Assembly (NCBI GenBank): GCA_963840855.1
Contig: CAWJBB010000072.1
Coordinates: 31,481 to 95,480, forward strand
Reading direction: 5' to 3'
DNA length: 64,000 bases
DNA from: an uncultured delta proteobacterium
GTDB taxonomy: Bacteria > Desulfobacterota > Binatia > UBA9968
Position 1 is the first letter of the stretch; each line of letters opens with the position of its first letter. Under the pieces are notes generated by a model. The model was not told where the DNA came from. It was given only the letters and a program-made list of their open reading frames with translations, and made no database searches. The position numbers and the translations under genes were made by a program. Of the stretch, positions 29,332-40,417 are shown in pieces.

Positions 29332-29513
29332 TTCACCACGAAGGCACGAAGTGCACGAAGGGAAGAAGATTTAACCGCAAAGAGCGCAAAGTACACAAAA
29401 AGGAATCGGACTTGTAGGGGCAACCCCCTGTGGTTGCCCGTTCGAATGCGCAGAACGTGATTTCTTTAACAACCTATCTCGGAAACCTTCGTGCTCTTCG
29501 TGCTCGTGGTGAA
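29332..29513. repeat. CACGAAG inverted-repeat element with a nested GTAG-type REP
   Basis: ttcaccacgaaggcacgaag ... cttcgtgctcttcgtgctcgtggtgaa enclosing gtaggggcaaccccctgtggttgccc (29414-29439). Confidence 0.75.
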
Positions 29514-29561
29514 GATGGTCCTTTCTTCTTTGGCTGTGGCTCTACCCCGATGGCATAGATG

Positions 29562-30484
29562 TTAATTTTTCGCGCGACGAGAAACTAACCGGCGCGCGCG
29601 ATTCCACGCTTCAACCAACCCGCCGGGTAGAAACAGCACGACTAGTATGAAAAGAACCCCGAAGATTATCAGATGGAACTCGACCCATCGTATCGCCAGC
29701 ACTTCTTTTAAGATCACATAAAAGAGCGCGCCCAGCACCGGCCCGTGGACCGTTCCGACGCCGCCGATGAATGACATGAGCACGGCGTCGAAAGTCCAGG
29801 CTGGGGAAAAAGTATGCTGCGGGTAGTAACTGACATGATAGTAAGCAAAGGCGCCGCCGGCGAGTCCGGCCAGCGCCGTGGAGAGCGCTAAGCGCGAGCA
29901 GCTTGTGACGCAGCGCGCTCACGCCCGGTGGCTTCCGCGGCGGCTTCGTCTTCGCGCACGGCGCGGATACCGAGACCGAGGCGCGAGGGGACCAACCATG
30001 CAACCACTCCTACACTCACCATCGCCATGGTTAGAGTCAGATAATAGCGTGGTAAAATATTATACGAAGTAAGTTCCGCGGCGGGGATGGTGGAAATCTG
30101 CGGCAATAAATTCCCGATCGTGATGCGCAGTATCTCAGCCAATCCCAGAGTACCGATGGCGAAATAGGCGCCGCGCAGACGGAATGCCGGGACTCCGATA
30201 ATCAATCCGAATAACATGGCCACGAGGGCGCCAGGAAAAAGCGCCAAGATCAGCGGCGTCCCGCCGACCCAAAGCGTGCGCGTGACCAGAGCGCCGAGTC
30301 CGAAAAATGCCGCGTGGCCGAGATTGATCTGGCCGGCGTATCCGCCGAGCAGATTCCAGCTCTGCGCCAGGACGACGGCGAGGAAAATTTGCACGCCGAG
30401 ATTGAGCAGATCGCTGCGCATCGTAAAGAGCGGCAGCGCGGCGAACGCCGCGGCGAGCAGGAGTCCCGCGCCAAGCAATTTCAT
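29562..30484 (-). CDS. livM: Branched-chain amino acid ABC permease (frameshift near 29920)
   Basis: SWNLLGGYAGQINLGHAAFFGLG, RLRGAYFAI, AVREDE, IGGVGTVHGPVLG. Confidence 0.88.
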
Positions 30485-31353
30485 GCGCGTGCTCCGAAGA
30501 GCCCCTGGGGCCGCACCACCAAGACGATAAGGAAAAGAATCAGTCCGACGACTTCGCGATAGGGACCGCCGAGAAACACCACGCTCATCGCTTCAGCGAG
30601 GCCGAGGATGATGCCACCGGCGAAACTGCCGAAGAGCGAGCCGAGGCCGGCGAGAACTATGACGACCAGAGCTTTCAACGTCCACTCGATACCGATGGAT
30701 GGACTGATCGAATAGGAAATGCTGACGAGTCCTCCCGCGATTCCGGCGAGCGCGGTGCCGAGGGCGAAAGCGAGCAGGTAGGTTTTTCCGACCGGGATTC
30801 CCATCAGAGCCGCAGCTTCCCAATCTTCGGCGGTGGCGCGGATCGCGCGACCCCAACGCGCCTTGGCGAGAAACAGATGGAGCGCGGTGAGGATCGCGAA
30901 CGCGAACACGAGGCTGCTCAAGCGCAACCACGGAATTGCCAAACCGCCTAGCCTTATCACCGCGCCGGCGTAAGCCGTGGTCACCGCGCGCTCATCCGCA
31001 GTCCATAGTCGAATGGCGAGGGCGTGCAAAACCAGCGTTAGGCCGAAACCGATGAGCAGCGAATTTTTGATGCGCGTTTCTTCGTGGGCTTTGACGACGA
31101 ATTGAAACAGCGCCCAATAGAGCAGCATTCCAAGCACGAACATCGCCGGGGCGACAACGAGCAGCGAGACAAACGGATCGATCTGCCAAAGGGTGAAGAG
31201 CCAAAAAGTGCCGTAGCCGCCGAGCATGAGCAGCTCGCCGTGGGCGACGTTCAATACTCTGAGAACGCCGAACGTCAGCGAAAGCCCGGCGGCGGCTAAA
31301 CCGTACAGACCGCCGACGAGCAGTCCGAGAATGAGTTGTTGGGTGAGCATCAT
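30481..31353 (-). CDS. livH: Branched-chain amino acid ABC permease
   Basis: GLSLTFGVLRVLNVAHGE, GRAIRATAED, RPQGLFG. Confidence 0.92.
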   Translation of the reverse strand: MMLTQQLILGLLVGGLYGLAAAGLSLTFGVLRVLNVAHGELLMLGGYGTFWLFTLWQIDPFVSLLVVAPAMFVLGMLLYWALFQFVVKAHEETRIKNSLLIGFGLTLVLHALAIRLWTADERAVTTAYAGAVIRLGGLAIPWLRLSSLVFAFAILTALHLFLAKARWGRAIRATAEDWEAAALMGIPVGKTYLLAFALGTALAGIAGGLVSISYSISPSIGIEWTLKALVVIVLAGLGSLFGSFAGGIILGLAEAMSVVFLGGPYREVVGLILFLIVLVVRPQGLFGARA

Positions 31354-31412
31354 CGAAATTTGTCGCTCAAAGGATTTTTAGCTGCAAAGACTCAAAGAAC
31401 TCAAAGTAAAGA

Positions 31413-31496
31413 TTCACCACGAAGGACACGAAGATCACGAAGTTTTAAGTAAATAATTTCCGAAACCTTCGTGTCCTTCGCGCGCTTCGTGGTGAA
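31413..31496. repeat. CACGAAG inverted-repeat element
   Basis: ttcaccacgaaggacacgaagatcacgaag ... cttcgtgtccttcgcgcgcttcgtggtgaa. Confidence 0.8.
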
Positions 31497-31561
31497 AAAG
31501 TTTTTCGTCATACAGTACAAACGTCAGGAACCGCCACCGGCAAATTTGTGCATCCTGCGAC

Positions 31562-32275
31562 TCATCGCGCCAACGGGCCCAGGTACGCGGCCCGAATATG
31601 GTCGTCGTCGAGCAGTTTCTTGCCGTCACCCTCGCCGACGATTCTGCCGCCTTCGAGGATGTAGGCGCGTTGGACCAGGGCCAGGACGGCGTGCACGTTT
31701 TGCTCGACGATCAACAGGCTCATGCCGTCGCGATGCAGCTCGGCGAGAATGGCAAAAATGGATTCGACGATCTTCGGCGCCAGGCCGAGCGATGGCTCGT
31801 CGAGCAGGAGCAGGCGGGGGAGCCCCATGAGCGCGCGGCCGAGAGCGAGCATCTGCTGCTCGCCGCCGGAAAGTAATCCCGCGGTTTGACGCTGGCGCTC
31901 GAAAAGGCGCGGGAAGAGCGAGAAGACTCGCTCCATCTGAGCGAGTTTTTCTTTTTGCGCACGGGCGGTGAAAGCGCCGAGCTCGAGATTTTCGCGCACG
32001 GACATCGCCGCGAAAAGTCTTCGCCCCTCCGGGACGAGAGCGATGCCATGCTCGACAATCCGTTGCGGTGACACGCCGCTGATCGTTTCATCGCGCCATC
32101 GGACCACGCCGTCGCGCGGTGCGAGCAGACCGGAAATCGTTTTCAATAGGGTCGACTTGCCGGCGCCGTTAGGGCCGACCAGGGCGACCATTTCGCCGGG
32201 GCGAATGATCAAGTCGACGCCGTGCAGCGCGAGAAGCGGGCCGTAGGCGACTTGCAAGTGTTCTACTTCGAGCAT
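31562..32275 (-). CDS. livF: Branched-chain amino acid ABC ATPase
   Basis: GPNGAGKST, VPEGRRLF, LSGGEQQML, LDEPSLGLAP. Confidence 0.95.
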   Translation of the reverse strand: MLEVEHLQVAYGPLLALHGVDLIIRPGEMVALVGPNGAGKSTLLKTISGLLAPRDGVVRWRDETISGVSPQRIVEHGIALVPEGRRLFAAMSVRENLELGAFTARAQKEKLAQMERVFSLFPRLFERQRQTAGLLSGGEQQMLALGRALMGLPRLLLLDEPSLGLAPKIVESIFAILAELHRDGMSLLIVEQNVHAVLALVQRAYILEGGRIVGEGDGKKLLDDDHIRAAYLGPLAR

Positions 32276-32374
32276 CTTTTAATTAACAGCCGTTCCAATC
32301 GTTCCAACAGTTCCAAACGTTCCAAATGTCTATTCCGGAAGATTCTTCGAACGACTGGAACATTGCCTCACTCT

Positions 32375-33097
32375 TCAGATCGTTCCACCGAGATAGACTT
32401 CGACGACACATGGATCTTTCGCTACGTTGGCCGGCGCGCCTTCGGCGATTTTTTCGCCGGCGCTCAAGACCACGATACGATGCGAGAGATCGAGCAGTGC
32501 CCAGACGATATGCTCCACCAGGACGACGGTCAGACCGCCGCGCTGCAACTGTCGAATGAGGTTTATCGCCGCCGCGGTTTCAGTCGGGGTCAATCCCGCC
32601 ATGAATTCGTCGAGCAATAAAAGTTTCGGCGACGTCGCCAGGGCGCGGGCCAATTCGAGGCGCTTTCGATCCATCACCGTGAGAGTGTTCGCGGGACGAT
32701 TCGACCGTCCCGGCAAACCGACCGAAGTCAAGAGCTCGCCGGCTTTGTCGCGCGCTTTGCTGCCGCTCAGCCGTTCACGACCATACCCGAGACCGACCAG
32801 AACATTTTCCTCGGCCGTCAAGCCAAGGAATGGACGCACGAGCTGAAAAGTTCGTGCCAGGCCGCGATGACAAAGCTGATGGGGCGGCAGTTTATTGGTA
32901 CGCTCGTCCTGAAAGAAAATGTCCCCACTATCCGGATAAAAAACACCGCTGACGAGATTGAACAGCGTCGTTTTTCCCGATCCGTTCGGACCCATGATGC
33001 CGAGGATCTCGCCCTCTTCAACGGTCAAACTGACATCTTTGACCGCAGCGACGCCGCCGAAGGTCTTGGTAGCTTTCCTTACAGTCAGCAGGGGCAT
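32375..33097 (-). CDS. livG: Branched-chain amino acid ABC ATPase
   Basis: GPNGSGKTT, GLARTFQ, LLLDE..AGL, VEH, VVEVYLG. Confidence 0.93.
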   Translation of the reverse strand: MPLLTVRKATKTFGGVAAVKDVSLTVEEGEILGIMGPNGSGKTTLFNLVSGVFYPDSGDIFFQDERTNKLPPHQLCHRGLARTFQLVRPFLGLTAEENVLVGLGYGRERLSGSKARDKAGELLTSVGLPGRSNRPANTLTVMDRKRLELARALATSPKLLLLDEFMAGLTPTETAAAINLIRQLQRGGLTVVLVEHIVWALLDLSHRIVVLSAGEKIAEGAPANVAKDPCVVEVYLGGTI

Positions 33098-33162
33098 TGT
33101 TGAATTGGCAAGAAGGGATTACGAGCGTATGTGAGCTTCGACTATGGTGGCAAGAATGTGAC

Positions 33163-34356
33163 TTAGCGCTGGTTGAAAGGCAGCGCCGGATAAGCAAAGG
33201 CTGCCGTGGCGTTTTCTTTGGGCCAAATTAGATGTTGTTTCCCCTTTTGCCACTGAATAAATACGCCAGAAATCTCTGCTGTTCCATCCGCGCGGAAGCG
33301 CAAGGGGCCCGAAACCGTCATCATATTCGTACTCGCTAGTGCTTGGCGAAGCGCGTCGCGGTCCACCGCCTTGGCTCTCGTCAGCGCATCGGCAAGGATC
33401 TGGACAACGGCGTAACCGGGACCTACGACGGGGTCGGCCAGCCGGTTGTGTTTGCGCATGTAAGTATCGTTCAGCTCCTTGACCTGCGGATACTTGAGGC
33501 CGGCGTGCCAACCCGTGCCCAATATCGTGTAGTCACCCGCGGCGCCAAGATTGTTCGTCCAAGACGGCGAGTCTGATCCGCGCAGCAACACCAGAAACTT
33601 CGGGGTAAAATCCAGCTCTTTCATTTGTTTGACCAGCGTCATGCCGTCGGGCGGCGATGGCACGCCCAAGACCGACTCAGCGCCTGCTGATCTGGCCTGT
33701 AAGATCAGGTTCGAGAAATCTTTGGCACCTGGCGCATATTCTCCCTTCACGACGACTTCATACCCGGCTTCCTTTCCGAACGATTCCCAGTAACCGCCGA
33801 TTTCTTGTCCCCAATCGGTTTTCTCCAGAAACAAAGCTACCTTCTTGGGACGTTGATTCTCCGCCAGTGAGCCATTGAGAAGACGATAGGTTTCTCTGGC
33901 GATTTGCGGCGACTTCCAAAAAGGCGAGAAGAGATAGCGATAACCCTGCTTGTGAATGCTCTCCAGGGCAAATCCCACACCCAGGTAAGGAATCCGATTC
34001 TTCTCAGCGACAGTGGCGCCCGCGGCATGGAGATCAGAGCCGACTCCTCCCAAGTAAGCGACCACGCCCTGAGCGGCGTGAGTCTCCAATCGCGCGACGG
34101 TTTTAGTTGCATCGGATTCGTCATCGAGCACGATCAACTCCAAAAGTAAGCGCCGGTTCCCCACTTGGACGCCGCCGCCGGCGTTGATTTTCTCCACGGC
34201 AATGTCGTATCCGTGCTTGAGCTCATTGCCGATGGAGGCGTAGCGACCGGTGAGAGGCGTTACGACGCCGACCTTAATGGTTTGCCCCATTGCCGCAACG
34301 CCAAAGCCGAGCCATGCGATCTGCATTGCGAAGAAAGCTGAAACTATCGATTTCAT
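33163..34356 (-). CDS. Branched-chain amino acid-type (LivK-like) substrate-binding protein
   Basis: Signal peptide from MKSIVS; IKVGVVTPLTG; DDESD; paralog of the adjacent gene. Confidence 0.92.
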   Translation of the reverse strand: MKSIVSAFFAMQIAWLGFGVAAMGQTIKVGVVTPLTGRYASIGNELKHGYDIAVEKINAGGGVQVGNRRLLLELIVLDDESDATKTVARLETHAAQGVVAYLGGVGSDLHAAGATVAEKNRIPYLGVGFALESIHKQGYRYLFSPFWKSPQIARETYRLLNGSLAENQRPKKVALFLEKTDWGQEIGGYWESFGKEAGYEVVVKGEYAPGAKDFSNLILQARSAGAESVLGVPSPPDGMTLVKQMKELDFTPKFLVLLRGSDSPSWTNNLGAAGDYTILGTGWHAGLKYPQVKELNDTYMRKHNRLADPVVGPGYAVVQILADALTRAKAVDRDALRQALASTNMMTVSGPLRFRADGTAEISGVFIQWQKGKQHLIWPKENATAAFAYPALPFNQR

Positions 34357-34441
34357 GATCGCCTCACCTGACGCATTGAATGTTCCATTCATATCTGCGC
34401 GCGCATATGCAGCGGGAGCGCAGGGTATGGCCTCATGGCGG

Positions 34442-35635
34442 TTAGCGTTGACTGAAAGCCGGCGCAGGGTAGCCGAAGGGCGCGGTGGCAAACTCCTTGG
34501 GCCAGACCAACTCTTGCTTGCCTTTGAACCATTGCAGGACGAAGACTTTGACCTCGCCGGTGCCGTCGGAGCGGAATTGAACAGGTCCGGTCACCGTGGT
34601 CATTTTTGTAGCGGCGATGGCGTCGCGAAGCTTGTCGCGGTCCAGGGTTTTCGCGCGCGTGACCGCATCGTCAAGAATCTGCAAGCAAGCGTAGGACGGC
34701 CCCACAAGCGGATCGGACGGGCGGTTAAAGAGTTTCTGGTGCGCTTCGTTCAGCTCGGCGACTTTGGGATATTTCGCGGCGAAATGCCAGCCAGGCGTAA
34801 GCAGCACATAATCGCCATCCTTGCTAAGATTCTGCGACCACACCGGCGGGTCGGCTGCGCGAATGAACATATTGACCTTGGCGTTGAAATCCAGTTCCTT
34901 CATCTGCTTGACGATGGTCATGCCGTCCGGCGGTGATGGAAGCGCGAGGACGGCTTCGGCGCCCGCCGATTTGGCTTTCAAAATCAAATCGGAAAAATCT
35001 TTCGACCCCGGCGCGTATTCGCCGCTGGCGGCGATCTGATAGCCATGCTTCTTGGCCGCGCTTTCCCAGCCCGAGCCCATTTCCTTGCCCCAGTCCGTCC
35101 GTTCGAGAAAGAGCGCCACTTTGCGCGGGCGTTGCGCGGCAGGAATCAACGCATCGAGGAAAACGAAGGTCTCATTTGTCAGGTCCGGCGATTTCGGAAA
35201 AGGCGAGAAGAGATAGCGCAAGCCCTGTTTGTGAATGCCGTGAAGCGCAAAAGCGATGCCGAGGTAAGGAATCTTGTTCTTATCACCGATGGAAGCCGCC
35301 GCCGCGTGCAGATCGGAGCCCGCTCCTCCCAAATACGCTACGACTCCCTGGGTGGCGAGGGTCTCCAGGCGCGCGACGGTTTTGGTCGGGTCCGACTCAT
35401 CGTCCAACAGCGTCATTTCGAACTGCAGCTTCTTGCCGCCGACCGGCACGCCCCCCGCCGCATTAATTTGCTGCACGGCAATCTCGTAACCGGTTTTAAC
35501 TTGACCGCCGAGCGCCGCGTAACGCCCGGTGAGAGGCACCACCGCGCCAACCTTGATTGTTTGGCCGTTGCCCTTCGAGGTCGAAACAAACAGCGCGAGC
35601 GTGACAGAAAGCGAAACGAGAATTAGACGTCTCAT
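34442..35635 (-). CDS. Branched-chain amino acid-type (LivK-like) substrate-binding protein
   Basis: GGAGG RBS, signal peptide, IKVGAVVPLTG, DDESDP, QWFKGKQELVWP. Confidence 0.93.
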   Translation of the reverse strand: MRRLILVSLSVTLALFVSTSKGNGQTIKVGAVVPLTGRYAALGGQVKTGYEIAVQQINAAGGVPVGGKKLQFEMTLLDDESDPTKTVARLETLATQGVVAYLGGAGSDLHAAAASIGDKNKIPYLGIAFALHGIHKQGLRYLFSPFPKSPDLTNETFVFLDALIPAAQRPRKVALFLERTDWGKEMGSGWESAAKKHGYQIAASGEYAPGSKDFSDLILKAKSAGAEAVLALPSPPDGMTIVKQMKELDFNAKVNMFIRAADPPVWSQNLSKDGDYVLLTPGWHFAAKYPKVAELNEAHQKLFNRPSDPLVGPSYACLQILDDAVTRAKTLDRDKLRDAIAATKMTTVTGPVQFRSDGTGEVKVFVLQWFKGKQELVWPKEFATAPFGYPAPAFSQR

Positions 35636-35700
35636 GATGCCTCCCCTGTCCAGCGCTTAAACGCGATGATAGATATCACCATTGATATAACGGGTCAAAG

Positions 35701-36804
35701 CTAAACGGTTCCCCACACTTTCCGGGCGGTATCGGCTACCAATCTAAGCTTCTGCCACTGCTGGTCCTCGCTGAGCAAGTTGCCTTCCATCGTGGAAGCA
35801 AAGCCGCATTGCGGACTGAGCGCCAGGTTTTCGAGCGGCACGTACTTGCTCGCTTCGTCTATTCGGCGCTTCAAGTTGTCCGGAGGATTCTAGCTCGGCA
35901 GCTTGCTGCTTACGAGACCGAGAACGACAGTCTTGCCGCGCGGCACGAAGCGCAATGGCTCGAACGTGCCGGCGCGCTCCGACTCGTATTCGAGGAGAAA
36001 TGCGTCGACGTTGAGTTGCCCAAACAGTTTTTCGGCAATGGCGTCATATCCACCTTCGGCGTACCACTGGCTGCGATTGTTGCCGCGGCAAAGATGAATC
36101 GCCAGAATCACGCCTTGTCGATTCGCTCCTTCAAGACAAGCGTTATCGGCGCGAATCGCTTCATCGAGGGCCTGGTCGGGATCGAGTCCCATTTCATTTT
36201 TTACGTAGCCGCGCCATTTCGGATCGATGTAATAGCTGTAGCGCGGCGCATCGATCTGGACGTAGTGCGCGCCTTCGTTCACGAGCGCCTGGATCTCCGC
36301 CTTGATGACCGGCACGATGTCCCAGAGAAACGCCGAGTAATCGGAATATATTTTGTCGCTAATGCCTTTTTTGAAATAGATCGCGGGAAACTGATTGGCG
36401 GTGGGCAACGTGACTTTGACGTCGCCGGGACTGTGCTGCTTGACGAAAGCGAATTCATGCTCGGTCAGACGCCGGGTTTGTTTGATCTTGCCGACAACCG
36501 TGCCGGGCACCATCGAGGGGCGAGGCGACGCGCCGGCGCCGGTTTGCCAGGTACGGGCAACGGCCACGCCTTCGTCTATTCCTTCCACTGCGTCGTTAAA
36601 ATCACTCATGAAGTTGCCGCGGCGCAACTCCCCGTCGGTAAAGATCTTGAAGCCGAGCTCCTTTTGCCGTTCGATTACTCGCAGGATGTGTTTGTCCTCG
36701 AGCGCGCGCAGCTGTTCGGCTCCAACATTCGCGCCGCGGGCCTGAAGAAGTTCAGCGGGACGAAGAAGACTGCCAATATGATCTGCGCGATATTTCGCTG
36801 CCAT
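35701..36804 (-). CDS. Cobalamin-independent methionine synthase II (single-barrel MetE-like) family; frameshift near 35890
   Basis: RADHIGSLLRP, TDGELRR, HLCRGN, LLEY; then LSPQCGFAS in the shifted frame. Confidence 0.9.
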
Positions 36805-36929
36805 AAAACCTCCGTACGAGATGAAAAGGCCACTACATGGTTGCGCCAACCGCTCGCTCAACGGATAAAGGATAGATTGATTCGAACTTTATCCCTTATC
36901 TGGGCCTTCATCCTTAATATCCTAAATTG

Positions 36930-38063
36930 AACTATTCCGCCAAGAGTTTTTTCAATCTGGCGATGAACAACCTCCGGCGGCTGGGCGATCACTTCTTTCG
37001 CCAGCGCCGCCAGCTGCTCGCCGCCGACCGGTTCCACCGGCCATCTGCGCTTGTTCGCTTCGGCCAAGAGATCGGGATCTTTGAGCGTTTTGTTCCAAGC
37101 GTCGCGGAGAATCTTAATTCTATCCGCAGGCATGTTCGGAGGCGCGGTCCAGGGCCGGCCAAACTCGTTCGACGCCATGATTAGGGTAACCAAGCGCCGG
37201 TCGGCATCACCCGTTTTGTAGTGATCCATCAGCTCGTAGAACGTGGGTGTGTCCAGCAGCAATGGATCGCGTTTGCGACCGGTCTGCACGAGCGGGCGGG
37301 TAAACCCTTTTTTGTACCAGGTGATGTGCGGTTCGCGGCCAAAGAACGCCGCGATGGTGATCAGCCGGCACTGCAACTCGCCGCGCTCCAAGGCAACGTC
37401 GATGTCCCCGGCGCCTTGATATCCGGCGATGATGACAGACTTGGCGCCGAGAACGTCCTCTATGAGCTTAGGGATGTGATAGGTGATCGAGGCCGTGCCC
37501 GTGGAGCCGCATTTGGGCGGCTCAGTGCCCTTGCGCAAATCGTCGATAGTTTTGTACGGACTATCACCGCGAATGATAAATAACAGTTCGGTCGACTCCG
37601 GGGTGCCGATCCAATTGAATTTTGCCCAGTCGAACTGCACTTCCTTACGGCCGATCACTTGATCCATGTAGATGGCCGAATTGAGCGAGCCCAGGGTCAG
37701 CCCATCCGGCTTGGCGACGTTGTAGACATAATTCGCCGCGATCACCGAACCGGCGCCTGGCATGTTTTGCACCGTAATATTGGGATTGCCGGGAATATGT
37801 TTTCCCAAATAGGTCGTGATGTGTCGGGTCCAAAGGTCGTAAAGATCGCCGGGCTGCCCGCCGCGGATAACTCTTATCGACTTTCCTTGGAAGAAATTTT
37901 CCTGGGCGTGAACCACTGCCCCACACAGCGTGAAAGTAAAAACGAGGGCGAGAAGCCCCACCCATTTTGGATTTTCGATCCTTCGGCGTGGCTCAGGACA
38001 TGCTTTGGATTTTAGATTGTCGGAGCGAGAATTCGAAGATCGCATCCAGATTTTCTCAAGCAT
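36930..38063 (-). CDS. TctC/Bug-like tripartite tricarboxylate transporter substrate-binding protein
   Basis: QENFFQGK, HIPGNPNITVQNMPGAGS, AKPDGLTLG, ALERGE, GRP..APP. The 3' end is probably frameshifted, so the end coordinate is approximate. Confidence 0.88.
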
Positions 38064-38111
38064 TTGTTTTTCTCCTCAATCTAAAATCGGCAAATCATAA
38101 AATCGAAAATG

Positions 38112-39099
38112 TCATTTTATGACTCTGTCCGCCCGCGCCAGCACATTGGGCGGAATCGTCAGACCGATCTGTTTAGCCGCTTTCAGATTGATGATGAACT
38201 CGAACTTCTTTGGCTGCTCCACCGGAAGGTCGGCGGGCTTAGCACCTTTCAAAATCTTGTCCACGTAAGTAGCGGCGCGCCGGTCCAAGTCCGTATTGTC
38301 TCACGCCGTAGCTCATAAGCCCGCCGGCTTCCACAGATTCTCGCCTGTGCGTATATCGCCGGCAGCCGGCTCTTTACCGCGAGATCGAAAATCTGTGTTT
38401 GGTGAGCACTAAGGAGGGGGCCCGCCACCACAAGAACTGCCTCAGCGCGCCCTTGCTTGCGGCTCGGAATGCAGTCTCAATATCCTTCGGACCTCGTACG
38501 TCTAGGTATTGAAGCTTCACCCCGAACGACTTTGCGGCGAGTTCCATTTCTCTTAAAATGTGCGGTGCCCGGTCGGGTCGAAGTCCCCGAAGACGGCCAC
38601 GCGGGAGAGCTTAGGAATGACCTCCTTCAAAAGCTCCAGGCGTTTTCCGCTTAGCTCCGGGGCAAGGGTTGACAATCCGGTAATGTTCCCGCCCGGTCGC
38701 GCCAGGCTGGCGACGAACCCACTTCCAACAGGATCGCCAATCCTGCGTCATCACAATGGGAATCGTGACAGTTGCTTCCTTGGCGGCACTGGTTGGTCGC
38801 GCACCACCTGTGACAATGATGTCTACCTTGAGACGCACTAGCTCGGCCGCAAGCGCAGGCAGGCGATCGAGTTTTCCCTCTGCATATCGATACTCAATGA
38901 TGATATTTTCCCCCTCCACGTATCCAAGCTCGCGCAGCCCCTGGCGGAATGCGTCGACACGGGCCGCGATAGAGAGGAACGGAGCCGCATACAGGAATCC
39001 TATCCGCGGGGATTTTCGTTGGCTGCTGCGCCGCTGGCGGAAAAGCTAAGAGTCAAAAAGATGGCGCCCAGAGCAAAGACAAAGATTTCGTTTACTCAT
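38112..39099 (-). CDS. ABC_sub_bind-family substrate-binding protein broken by several frameshifts (paralog of 6904 gene)
   Basis: Fragments [63 protein letters not shown]. Confidence 0.85.
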
Positions 39100-39150
39100 C
39101 GAGTTTCTCCGCACTCCAAAGTTGGAAGACGAAACACATTGCGTCTTGTA

Positions 39151-39328
39151 CGTCATTCCCGTGAAAGCGGGAATCCAGTCATCTGTGCTCGTATTCCTCG
39201 CTGACGTCGGAAATCCAGCCTCTATGATTTCCTGACGTCATTCCGGCCAACTCATGCAAAGACTGAGCGCGGGCCGGATTCCAAAATGAGTTTAAGAAAC
39301 CTGGATTCCCGCTTGCGCGGGAATGACG
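39151..39328. repeat. dRS3-like palindromic repeat cluster
   Basis: cgtcattcccgtgaaagcgggaatccag (39151) and ctggattcccgcttgcgcgggaatgacg (39301-39328). Confidence 0.85.
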
Positions 39329-39372
39329 ATAGTGCAGGCCGACTGATTAATCGAAGCTTGTGAGACAGTACA

Positions 39373-40297
39373 CTAGCGAAATGTCTCCTTGATGTACCGG
39401 TACGCGGCGATGGCGGCGGTGGCGCCGTCGCCCGCCGAAGCGATCGCCTGAGCGGCGGAATCTTGACGGATATCGCCCACCGCGTAGAGACCGTCACGCT
39501 CGGTTTTCATCCAGCCATCCGTCGGCACATGCCCCGTATCGCTGAGCTTCAAGAGTTCTGCAAGAACGCCGTGTTCGGTTTCATGCCGACGTAAACGAAC
39601 AAACCGGCCAAATCGATTTGCGGACACTTCATCGGTCGCCAGATCGCGCACGCGCACGGCGCTCACAACCTCGTCGCCTAAAATTTCTTCCACTGCGGTG
39701 CGGTAGCGCGGCGCTATTTTCGCGTCGCTCAACGCTCGTTGGAGATAAGCATGCTGGCCGGAAAAATTTTCTCCGTCGGTGAAAAATCATGACCGATTCC
39801 GCGTAATTCGACAGAGTGAGCGCCTCCTGGAGCGCGGAATCGCCGCCGCCGACCACTCCTACCACTCGCTCATTGTAAAGCGGCCCGTCGCAGCTCGCGC
39901 AGTGGCTTACGCCGCGGCCCAGCAATTTTGCTTCGCCGGGAACTCCGAGTTCTTTAAGCGCCGAACCCGTGGCAACGATGACCGCCTTGGCCCGGTGGTT
40001 CTCTTCTGACGTTACCACTTGCCAGAAGCGGCCGTCCGCTTCCAGTCTTTGGACTTCCGCGCGTTGAAACTCGGCTCCTTGTTCCGCAGCCTGACGCTGT
40101 ACCGTTGGGCATAGGTCATATCCGGCGATTCCGTCCGGAAATCCGGGAAAATCCTCGATCTTCTCGATGCTGATCAAATGGCCGCCGGGAATGTTCGATT
40201 CCAGGATCAATGTGGAGAGGCCGTGGCGCGCGGCGAATAAGCCGGCAGTTAAGCCGCCGAGTCCCGAGCCGATGATCACAACGTCAAAATCTGCCAT
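39373..40297 (-). CDS. Thioredoxin-reductase-like FAD-dependent disulfide oxidoreductase (frameshifts around 39560-39780)
   Basis: IIGSGLGGL, IVATGS, GRGVSHCASCDG, VVGGGDSALQEA, HRR, GLYAVGD...A..GDGATAA. Confidence 0.9.
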
Positions 40298-40417
40298 GTC
40301 GAGTTCGTTTCTATGACGTTAAGCGTCTCTACGCCTTTCGACCGCTATCGCTCTCGTTCAGACCGTCGGAACTGATTCGAACGCTTGGAGACGTAAGGAA
40401 CGCTTGAAAGTTCGACG

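Noticed and set aside
33163-35635. Two similar adjacent binding-protein genes as an assembly duplication
   Set aside because: Clearly diverged paralogs; ordinary tandem duplication in a Liv-type operon.
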